This document shows, piece by piece, positions 40,501-52,500 of a stretch of 64,000 bases of DNA (its first letter is position 1; every line of letters starts with the position of its first letter). The stretch covers positions 22,320,001 to 22,384,000 of the forward strand of contig CM120646.1 in NCBI GenBank assembly GCA_051362555.1, read 5' to 3'. The notes below the pieces were generated by a model. The model did no database searches, was not told where the DNA came from, and saw only the letters and a program-made list of their open reading frames with translations. The position numbers and the translations under genes are program-made. The DNA comes from Lingula anatina (Eukaryota > Animalia > Brachiopoda).

Positions 40501-43500
40501 CGCTCTCAAGTGGCAAGGCATTCCTTGGGTTAGGTTTTTAAAGTTCAATCTGGAATAACATTCCAGGCATCGGTCAAAAACTGTCCAATTTGGTCCTGTT
40601 TTGTTATAGGACATGTAGGTCATTGATTCGGCGAGTAATGGTCTACCCACATATTGTCTATGTGGTTCAAATATGGCGATTTTGATGACCAAGGTAGCTG
40701 TTCGTTCCCTTGGTTCTGTACTTAATCTGCTATTAAAAGTGCTCTGTGTGAACTGTCAACCTCACCGTGCAACCTAAAATTGTTCCTAAGTTGCCCCCTA
40801 TCAAATGATAACCAGATCGTTCCCAGATTATTTCTTTATTTCGCCTGGTTCAGGATTTTGTCGATGACTACCATTAGTGTTTTGGCACCAATGTGGTATC
40901 CACTCCAAATTCTGACGCTATTAATGACCTTAGTCACTTTATACGCGGCGCACGCTTCGTCGTTGGCCTCTTCTGGATGTCTGTAAACTCTGTTTTGGCT
41001 GTTGGGCGGTACAGGTGAAAACTGACCTCAATAAAGAAAGCCACGAGATTTCAGTGTTCAACCCAGAAACAGTCAAGGTCCCCAATTCGTTAGAGAAACA
41101 TACAACGATGTTTAGCTATTGACAGTGGGTTCCTCGGAGGTCGTCTGGTATTCTAACCTGCTAAAACCAGTTTGTTGTTCGCTAAGGGCCTTGAAAAATG
41201 CATTTTGGTGACAATTTACCCCCAACATGATCGGACAGGGTAGTTTTTGTTTAGTTGCAACAGCATATCCCGAAAGACAGTGGGTCCTGTACCCTTGTGG
41301 TGAGATTTCAGTACATTGGGCGTGGCCTCTGTGTAGGTAGATCAGTCTTGGCATTACTCTATAAAACTGTGCGGACCGTTTCGTTTGGCGCAATTATCTG
41401 TCTGGCAGTGCATGTCTTTTTCGCGCCATTCTGCCACAGATTAACAAATTCGTAAAGCACTGCATAGCTCATTTTACACAATGCAAACCCGACTACTTGC
41501 ATGCAAAATTTCAAATACTTCTATGCAGTCGTTGCAGACATATAGATACTTTTTTGACAGAACCATGTTTTGCCAAAACCAAGCTTTAACCAGCCCAAAG
41601 GAGCACTACCCAATTAAATCACTGCATATTACATAATGCAGCAGCTCAACAAACCTGATATTCAGTTAATTGGTAGCGACACACCTGACTTCACACTTTT
41701 TCATTCACATATCTTATATGAGATCGGTGTTTGTGAAAAAAAGAACGCATTTTCACCTAGGCATACCTTCGAAACTGAAATATTCCATATTAAATGTCAA
41801 GTCTGTAGGTTGGTTCTCCTAACAATATTTTTTCTATATAAAGGTGGTACAACTGCAAACCTAAGTATAGGCTATTTAAACAATCATAACCTCATCCTTT
41901 GATAAAGTTTTATTGTGAGAAATTGGCATGGTTTAGAAGAACCTATTACGTACATATATGGACATGGCACATTCCTCAAAGACCTACCTCATTACGATTG
42001 TACCAGTAGTAATACGGGCGTGTGTTGTTCCAGGTAATAGAAATAGCACAGTCTGTCGTAAAATCCGTTTTCAACCCTCCATATGTATTAATAAAATGAT
42101 CGGCGAGAGCAATGGTATATCTCCCGGTGTCATCAAGATCTCCAGTCTTACAATATACCTACAAAAAAAAAATAAAATTGCGAAGAATTAAAAGTAGTGA
42201 TATCATGATGTTTTACATTTGGTATTCATATGTATACATGATATAACAACAAACACACATTGGTTGCCATAAACACTGTAAAAGCCATTGTAAAAGTATA
42301 CACACACAGACATATAAATGAATAAATGAATAAAAATGATTACATCATGTCCAAACAGTTCTGTTGTAGGAGCTGTAGTCCTGTGATTTAAGTCAAATAG
42401 TCTGGAAGGGCCATGTGATTCCTACTTAATACCACAACACTGGTTCGTAAATGTTAATGTACCACCCCTTAATAATTACCTTATACCATATCGCCGGTTT
42501 ATTGGTGTAGTAATAGTCGGGGGACCAGTAGCCCCTAAGATCCTGATCGTACCACAACGGTGCCATGATTGGTACACGCACGGTACACAGTGGACGTGGT
42601 ATGAACGAATTGTACGGATATCCGAAACTTATCAAGCCATTGGTACCAATCTGGAAAAAACATCAGAAAAAAATATAAATGCCGACTACATCCAAATAGT
42701 AATTTTGCTTTAAGTATTCTTAATATTTCAGTTTCGCTTCAATGTTAATAACTGAACTATGCTGCTGTTATATGCATATTTGCTCGTACATTTGTTTACT
42801 TAACTTTTTCTATTTATCGGTTTGTTTGATTTTTGCTCAATGAATGCATCTATTCATTCCCCTGTTTTTTCGTTCAATGAATGCATGTGCCTTATCATTT
42901 ATTACTAATATATATCCAGTTTCGCTTTCTTCATTTTAATTAAAATGTCTGTTTTAATTTTTTTTTATTTTTGTTTATAACCAATTTTGAAAAAAAGAAG
43001 ACTTAACTAAAAGATTATAATTATTCTTCAATAAACAAAATAAAAACATAAAAAAGCAGTGCAACAATATCAAAATAAAACATATTTACATATATATAAT
43101 AATGCTTCCTGTTGAAGAATCGGAATGAACTGGATAATCTGATCAGCCTGGCTGCATCGTCCCTGTTGGTAAAGAGGCTTTGGTCTCTATCGCCACCAAA
43201 AGAACACATCTCTCCTGCTGGTGGCACTATCACTGTAATTTATGAAAAAGGCGATTATTCTCCTGACATGCACCCAGTTGCTCTTATTTGTATCGAGTGT
43301 AGTTATGCCCCACCTTAGATTTCAAATCCAGACCTCATGACGCCACGTTAATGTTCTATTTAAGACACTCATTGGTTATTTTCTATTGTGCTTGATAAAA
43401 AAAATGCTTATGGGTGATCGTATCTTTAAGTAGTTTTTGATAATTTATTCTTATTTTGTTTCACACATAATACGTTTGGTATGTTCATGTATGTATGTAT

Positions 43501-46500
43501 GATTTCATTTGCATCCCTTAAATTACAAGATCCATATGGTTTTATTTATGTCATTGTCTTAATAGCTCTAGAAAAATCAACAGATATTTAATTACCACCT
43601 AAGATTTCTTCTGCTGACTGTGATTTCCCCGAAGAACTCTTATTGTCAGCGGACAAAATGTGGTCAGGTGAATCTCATTAATTTTTGTTTTCTATAGCTA
43701 TCGACAATTATCACATTTTATTTGTTTACTGCATGGCCAGAAATGTGCAGCATTTACGCGATACGCGAGGGCGCAACAGTAGGGCTTCACGTGCCTCAAC
43801 TAACCAATCACAGCACAAGAATGGCATCGCACACAGACTCTGTGATAAGTGCTCAGCCCATTGTCAAGTAGTGTTAGTTCATGGTAACAAGCGTCTGATA
43901 TGTGCAGAGAAGTTTATTTTTATAATATATATTGTTCTTATTGTTACATTATTAAATCTAACTCTGTATCCAAGTAGTAACTATACTGTACCAAGTCAGG
44001 TACTGATGATGTACAGAGGACATATATTCCAGAATAAGCCATTACCACTGATTTATAACTTTCATTTTTGTTTAATATGTTATTCATGAAAGAGTTCATG
44101 AAAGATTATTTTAATTTGTAAAATCGTGATCTTATTCTTTTTTTATTCAAATAATTGAATACTGTGGGTAAAATTGGTCTTCCACTTCTTATTTGCATTT
44201 TTTCTTTACTACAAGATTATTTTGGAACAGTTGCAGCATTAAAAATATAAATAAATAGCAATCTGAAAGAAGAATTTTGCACAATTATTAAATGATTATA
44301 TTAATTTTGGATTAAGAGATTAGTTAAATACTGAGTAGTGATATGGTCAGTCAATTTATGTAGAATCTGATAATATGATTGAAAATACTGATTGAATTCT
44401 TGGCCTTGCACTGGGCAGTTTTACATTTGTGCCAAGTGCTCTTTTTGGACTCCATTGTACAGTGGTAAAAAATCTTCAATTGCCATGAATTTTTTTAATC
44501 AGACTCTGTATGTTACTGCTATCAGCTGGTGCTATCGGCAACGAATTAATTTTCCTTTGTTTCTGAGTGAATCTACCGTCTAAAATCACTATAACTGAAA
44601 ATATTTGCGTTTTGCTGAGGGTAGTCTAGGCAATATACGGCAAAATTCTTAGTACGTGTGTACAACAGAATTTTTTTAAAAACCCTAGCGATATTTGGTC
44701 AGGAGTTGCTTGAAGCATAGCACAGCGTTGCTGTCTATTGGCATCAGGCCGTTAGTTTGTCAATTCTCACGAATTACCCACGAATCGCGAACCCATTCAT
44801 TTTCCTATGGCAATCTAGCAACTCATTAAAAATGCACGCATGCGCAGTGGGCTAGGCGTGACGTCATGCAGTGCATTACTGGGGATGGTAAGGAAAGGAT
44901 GCAAACTGTGCAAATTCGGTCATTGTCCCACAGTCATTATATCTTGGCAGAGAAGAAAAAATATATCAGTTCAAAAAAAATCTACAGATGGCTGCACTTA
45001 ATTGAGACTTACGTGTTTCACATGTGTTCCCCGTGAACCCCTCTGCACAGTTACATGTGTATGTCCCGATACCATTCTCACACGTGCCGTGTTCACTGCA
45101 GGGGTTGGAGGCACAGTTGTCAATCAACGTCTGGCACGTGGCACCTGTGTAGCCTTTTTTATACAAATGTTAAAACATATTATATTCCACACACGTATAT
45201 GCATTAATAAGTCGAAATGGGCGTGAAATAATGTGCTCAATAATTTATATTCTGCCGAATACATTTAAAATTTATATATATATATATAAAATGAGAAAGG
45301 GAGCAACCAACCCAACACACATCCTCTCCAATCACCCTTCTAACTGCTTACCTGTGACGCACTGACAGGTGTAAGAGCCAATTCCGTCCACACAAGTGGC
45401 ACCGTTCTCGCATTCGTGATCAAGACAATCGTCTATATTAGTTGTGCAATTATATCCCGTATAACCTGAAAGAAAATGTTTTTTAATGATGATAGCGATT
45501 AATCTTACAAATCCATTTTTAAATACCATGCTTTTTTTAACTTTAACATTATGCGCATTTGTTTAAATCAAATTCAGTCGGTTATATGTATTTACATACT
45601 TAAGTACATGTATGTTCAATCTCATCACTGATATCATACGTAGTTAGCTATTACAATGATGCAAATTGTGCTTTTAGAAAATGACTGGTTTCCCATAAAC
45701 CTTTCATGCTAGCAACATCAATCTGATGAGGGGATTTTTGCTGAATTGCATTAAGTTTAAGCGGCTTAAATGCCTGGCACGCCCACTGAAGCTACTAGTG
45801 GGCAATTGACTTTTGTACACACTTAAACAGAAAGCAATTTAGCGAGAATCCCTTCGGATATGATCGATCTGCTACACGACAGGGTTATGGGAATGGTCCC
45901 CTAGACTGTACAGACATTTATGATGGTATTTACCGTTAAAACAGCTGCAAGTGTACGAATCCGTGGTTTGGCTACAGTATCCATGGGGTCTGCACGGGTC
46001 GCGTAAAGGTCCAGAACACCAAATGTTGACTTGACAGCTTCTTCCGGCCCATCCTGAAAATATTATACTCTCAGAATATGTCGCACAGTTCAAATATAAA
46101 AAAGATAACTACTTTTTTTGGCGAAAGGAGATTTGCAATAATATCATATCAATACGCGTTTCAACATCGTTGACAATTAAATTGAATGATTTTCGTAGAA
46201 TATACAAATATACAGGTTCAAATACATGCTAAGATGTTTATATTACTTAATATTTAATGAATGCTGTTTGGACAACTAAGATAGCAACATAATACAGAAG
46301 AATGTGTACAATAACAGTATATATGCCCTTTTTTTTACTGAGCACTCCATTTTCTAAGATATTTATTAATTATGAGACCATAATGCAAAATACACCATAG
46401 TACCCAACCCATAACACGTACAGTAACATATTAACTACATGTACTTACCATTAAAACATTCGCAGCGCCAATTATTGACTAAATCTTTGCAGATTCCATT

Positions 46501-49500
46501 TGATGAACATCGTCCAATGTGTCCATCTGGTACCAGACAATCATCTGTGTTGGTTTCACATACTTGCCCGTGGAAGCCTATTGTATGAAGAGAATAGACA
46601 GTGATATGACTCAAATATAGCATTGTTACGAACAAAATAGAATATAATGATGGTGGGAGCATAATAAAAAAATACTTTTTTGCAACTAAAAGGTCAAGGC
46701 GTCTTACAAAACAAAAATTTTAATCAGGTAGGCTATCCGTATTTAACGTCTTTTATTTTGCAAGGGGGGGGTCAGCAAACAACAAGTATTGAGATAACTT
46801 TCTGTACAATTTTTTAAATATAATTTTCTTCTTTGCCAAACATGTATAAAACATATATATCTGGTAAATATAAACCCCTGCTATTAATATCTTAATGATA
46901 GATAGAAACAAAGTTGTTACCTGAAGGGCAGCGACAAATGAAGTCCTCGTTGTTATCATCACTAGAACAGGTTGCATTGTTTTGACAAGGACTAGATTCG
47001 CACGGGTCATAAGTGGTTGTAATAACTCCAATGGTTGTAATTCCCTCTGTTGATGTAATTTGTGCAGTGGTTGTAATAACTTCAGAGGTTGTGGTATCTG
47101 CAGTAGTTGTGAAGATTTCAGCGATTGTAACTCTCTCAGTGGTTGTGGTGCCTTCAGTGGATGTAATACCTTCAGTGGTGGTGATACCTTCAGTGGTTGT
47201 GGTGCCTTCAGTGGTTGTGGTGCCTTCAGTGGTGGTGATTCCTTCAGTGGTTGTGGTGCCTTCAGTGGTTGTGGTGCCTGCAGTGGTGGTGATACCTTCA
47301 GTGGTTGTGGTACCTTCAGTGGTTGTGGTGCCTTCAGTGGTTGTGATACCTCCAGTGGTTGTGATACCTTCAGTGGATGTAATATGTTCAGTGGTTGTGG
47401 TACCTTCAGTGGTTGTAATACCTTCAGTGGTTGTGGTACCTTCAGTGGTTGTGATACCTTCAGTGGATGTAATACGTTCAGTGGTTGTGGTACCTTCAGT
47501 GGTTGTGATACCTTCAGTGGATGTAATACGTTCAGTGGATGTAATGCCTTCAGTGGTTGTGGTGCCTTCAGTGGTTGTGACACGTTCAGTGGTTGTGATA
47601 CCTTCAGTGGATGTAATACCTTCAGTGGTTGTGGTACCTTCAGTGGTTGTGGTGTCTTCAGTGGTTGTAATTCTCTCAGCGGTTGTGGTGCCTTCAGTGG
47701 TTGTGATTCCTCCAGTCGTTGTGATACCTTCAGTGGATGTAATACGTTCAGTGGTTGTGGTACCTTCAGTCGTTGTGATACCTTCAGTGGATGTAATGCC
47801 TTCAGCGGTTGTGGTGCCTTCAGTGGTTGTGATACTTCCAGTCGTTGTGATACCTTCAGTGGATGTAATGCCTTCAGTGGTTGTGGTACCTTCAGTGGTT
47901 GTGGTGCCTTCAGTGGTTGTGGTGCTTTCAGTGGTTATGATACCTTCAGTGGATGTAATACCTTCAGTGGTTGTGATACCTCCAGTGGTTGTGATACCTT
48001 CAGTGGATGTAATACGTTCTGTGGTTGTGGTGCCTTCAGTGGTTGTGGTACCTTCAGTGGTTGTGGTGCCTTCAGTGGTTGTGATACCTTCAGTGGATGT
48101 AATACGTTCAGTGGTTGTGGTACCTTCAGTGGTTGTGGTGCCTTCAGTGGTTGTGATACCTTCAGGGGTTGTGATACCTTCAGTAGTTGTGGTGCCTTCA
48201 GTGGTTGTGATGCCTTCAGTGGATGTAATGCTTTCAGTGGTTGTGGTGCCTTCAGTGGTTGTGGTGCCTTCAGTGGTTGTGATACCTTCAGTGGATGTAA
48301 TACCTTCAGTGGTTGTGGTACCTTCAGTAGTTGTGGTGCCTTCAGTGGTTATGATACCTTCAGTGGTTGTGCTGCCTTCAGTGGTTGTAATTCTCTCAGC
48401 GGTTGTGATACCTTCAGTGCTTGTGGTGCCTTCAGTAGTTGAAGAGCCTTCTGTGGTTGGGATACCTTCAGTGCTTGTGGTGCCTTCAGTGCTTGTGGTA
48501 CCTTCAGTGGTTGTTGTTCCTTCAGTGGTTGTGATACCTTCAGTGGTTGTGGTGCCTTCAGTGGTTGTGACACCTTCAGTGGTTGTGATACCTTCAGTAG
48601 TTGTGGTGCCTTCAGTGGTTGTGATGCCTTCAGTGGATGTAATGCTTTCAGTGGTTGTGGTACCTTCAGTGGTTGTGGTGCCTTCAGTGGTTGTGATACC
48701 TTCAGTGGATGTAATGCCTTCAGTGGTTGTGATACCTTCAGTGGTTGTGGTAACTTCAGTGGTTGTGGTGCCTTCAGTGGTTGTGACACCTTCAGTGGTT
48801 GTGATACCTTCAGTAGTTGTGGTGCCTTCAGTGGTTGTGATGCCTTCAGTGGATGTAATGCTTTCAGTGGTTGTGGTGCCTTCAGTGGTTGTGATACCTT
48901 CAGTGGTTGGGATACCTTCAGTGCTTGTGGTGCCTTCAGTGGTTGTGGTACCTTCAGTGGCTGTTGTTCCTTCAGTGGTTGTGATACCTTCAGTGGTTGT
49001 GGTGCCTTCTGTGGTTGGGATACCTTCAGTGCTTGTGGTGCCTTCAGTGGTTGTGGTTCCTTCAGTGGTTGTGATACCTTCAGTGGTTGTGGTGCCTTCT
49101 GTGGCTGTGATACCTTCAGTGCTTGTGGTGCCTTCAGTGGTTGTGGTGCCTTCTGTGGTTGGGATACCTTCAGTGGTTGTGGTGCCTTCAGTGGTTGTGG
49201 TACCTTCAGTGGTTGTTGTTCCTTCAGTGGTTGTGGTGTCTTCAGTGGCTGAGATGCTTTCAGTGGATGTGACTGTTGATAACATTGTTGTGAAAATCTC
49301 TGTATCAGAACCAATACTTGAAACACTATCAGTGGATGAGGGTGCAATTCCGTCACTAGTTGTGACATAGGTAGATAGCGTGCCATCACTGGAGGTAAAA
49401 TCAGAAGTATATGTGTAATCAACGGTAAATGTGGAATCATCAGTAGATGTGGCATCCTCAGAGGATGTGGAATCATCAGTAGATTCATAATCATCAGTAG

Positions 49501-52500
49501 ATTCATAATCATCAGTAGATTCATAATCATCAGTAGATTCGGAATCATCGTCAGAATCATCATCAGTAGATGTGGCATATTCAGAAGATGTGGTATCATC
49601 AGTAGATGTTGAATCATCAGTAAATGAGGAGTAATCAGTTGATGAGGCATCTTCAGTAAATGACGCATCTTCAGATGATGTGGAATCATCAGTAGACGTG
49701 GTACTTGGTGTTTCAGAGATCTCTGAAGATGTTAATTCCTCCTCAGAAGATATGAAATACTGAGATGAGGAAGCCACAATTGATGTGTAGTTTGTCAGTG
49801 TACCTTCAGTGGATGTGATGCTTAATGCAGATGAGGAATCGTCAGTAGATGTGGAATCGTCAGTATATGTGGCTTCTTCACTTGATGAGGCATCTTCAAT
49901 AGAAGTGGAATCATCAGAAGGGGTGGAATCATCAGTAGATGTGGAATCGTCAGTATATGTGGCTTCTTCACTTGATAAGGCATCTTCAATAGAAGTGGAA
50001 TCATCAGAAGGGGTGGAATCATCAGTAGATGTGGAATCATCAGTAGATGTGGAATCATCAGTAGATGTGGAATCATCAGTTGATGAGGCATCAAAGGTAG
50101 ATGTGGAATCACCAGTAGATGTTGCTTCTTCACTTGATGAGGCATCTTCAATAGATGTGGTATCCTCAGTAGACGTGGTATCTCTTGTTTCAGAGATTTC
50201 TGACGATGTTAATTCCTCGTTAACTTCGGAAGTTTCAGAAGATATGAAATCTTGAGATGAGGAAGCTTCAACTGATGTGTAGTTTGTCATTGTATCTTCA
50301 GTGGATGTAATGCTTAATGTATATGAGGAATCTTCAGGAGATGTGGAATCGTCAGTAGATGTGGCTTCTTCACTTGATGAGGCATCTTCAATAGATGTGG
50401 AATCATCAGAAGGGGTGGAATCATCAGTAGATGTGGAAACATCAGTTGTTGAGGCAACAAAAGTAGATGTGGAATCACCAGTAGATGTGGCTTCTTCACT
50501 TGATGAGGCATCTTCAATAGATGTGGTATCATCAGTAGATGTTGTATCCTTAGTAGACGTGGTATCTCTTGTTTCAGAGATGTCTGAAGATGTTAATTCC
50601 TCTGTAACTTCGGAAGTTTCAGAAGATATGAAATACTGAGATGAGGAAGCTTCAACTGATGTGTAGTTTGTCATTGTATCTTCAGTGGATGTGATGCTCA
50701 ATGTATATGAGGAATCTTCAGTAGATATGGATTCGTCAGTAGATGTGACTTCTTCACTTGATGAGGTAACTTCAATAGATGTGGAATCACCAGTAGATGT
50801 GGTATCGTCAGTAGATGTGACTTCTTCACTTGAGGAGGCATCTTCAATAGATGTGGAATCATCAGTAGATGTGGAATCACCAGTAGATGTGGCTTCTTCA
50901 CTTGATGAGGCATCTTCAATAGATGTAGAATCACCAGTAGATGTGGAATCGTCAGTAGATGTGGAAACATCAGTTGATGAGGCATCAAAAGTAGATGTGG
51001 AATCACCAGTAGATGTGACTTCTTCACTTGAGGAGGCATCTTCAAAAGATGTAGAATCACCAGTAGATGTGGAATCGTCAGTAGATGTGACTTCTTCACT
51101 TGATGAGGCGTCTTCAATAGATGTGGAATCATAAGTAGATGTTGTATCCTCAGTAGACGTGGTATCTGTTGTTTCAGGGATTTCTGAAGATGCTAATTCT
51201 TCTGTTACTTCGGAAGTTTCAGAAGATGTGAACTCTTGAGATGAGGAAGCGTCAGTAGATGTGGAAACATCAGTTGATGAGGCATCAAAAGTAGATGTGG
51301 AATCATCAGTAGATGTGGAATCATCAGTTGTTGAGGCAACAAAAGTAGATGTGGAATCACCAGTAGATGTGGCTTCTTCACTTGATGAGGCATCTTCAAT
51401 AGATGTGGAATCACCAGTAGATGTGGAATCGTCAGTAGATGTGGAATCATCAGTAGATGTGGAATCATCAGTAGATGTGGAAACATCAGTTGTTGAGGCA
51501 ACAAAAGTAGATGTGGAATCATCAGTAGATGTGGAATCACCAGTAGATGTGGCTTCTTCACTTGATGAGGCATCTTCAATAGATGTGGTATCATCAGTAG
51601 ATGTTGTATCCTCAGTAGACGTGGTATCTCTTGTTTCAGAGATGTCTGAAGATGTTAATTCCTCTGTAACTTCGGAAGTTTCAGAAGATATGAAATACTG
51701 AGATGAGGAAGCTTCAACTGATGTGTAGGTTGTCATTGTATCTTCAGTGGATGTGATGCTCAATGTATATGAGGAATCTTCAGTAGATATGGATTCGTCA
51801 GTAGATGTGACTTCTTCACTTGATGAGGTAACTTCAATAGATGTGGAATCACCAGTAGATGTGGTATCGTCAGTAGATGTGACTTCTTCACTTGAGGAGG
51901 CATCTTCAATAGATGTGGAATCATCAGTAGATGTGGAATCACCAGTAGATGTGGCTTCTTCACTTGATGAGGCATCTTCAAAAGATGTAGAATCACCAGT
52001 AGATGTGGAATCGTCAGTAGATGTGACTTCTTCACTTGATGAGGCGTCTTCAATAGATGTGGAATCATAAGTAGATGTTGTATCCTCAGTAGACGTGGTA
52101 TCTGTTGTTTCAGGGATTTCTGAAGATGCTAATTCTTCTGTTACTTCGGAAGTTTCAGAAGATGTGAACTCTTGAGATGAGGAAGCGTCAACTGATGTGT
52201 AGTTTGTCATTGTATCTTCAGTGGATGTGATGCTTAATGTATATGAGGAATCTTCAGAAGATGTGGAATCGTCAGTAGATGTGGCATCTTCAGTAGATGT
52301 GGACACATCAGTTGATGTGTAATCATCAGTAGATGTATTTTCTTCAGAAGATTCTGAATCCCCTATATATGTTACAATCTCTGATGAAACAGATGGTTCA
52401 CTTGATGTGGCGAAAGTCGTGGTAGAACTGTCTTCCAACGTGGAACTGTCTGATGAAACTGTCGACTGGCTAGCTATTTAAAAATGCATATACATATTAG

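Noticed and set aside
43690-44930. Possible DNA transposon or enhancer (CCAAT, GCATGCGC, TGACGTCA motifs)
   Set aside because: No terminal repeats or TSD could be defined, and the short motifs alone are insufficient.
47013-49370. Long plus-strand ORFs (785 aa Val-rich; 460 aa FSGC-repeat)
   Set aside because: Antisense shadows of the stop-free 18-bp coding repeat; no independent gene signals.
48349-52070. Alternative-frame ORFs (IPHLL/PQPLK repeats and VDVESS repeats)
   Set aside because: Out-of-frame or antisense readings of the mucin exon.
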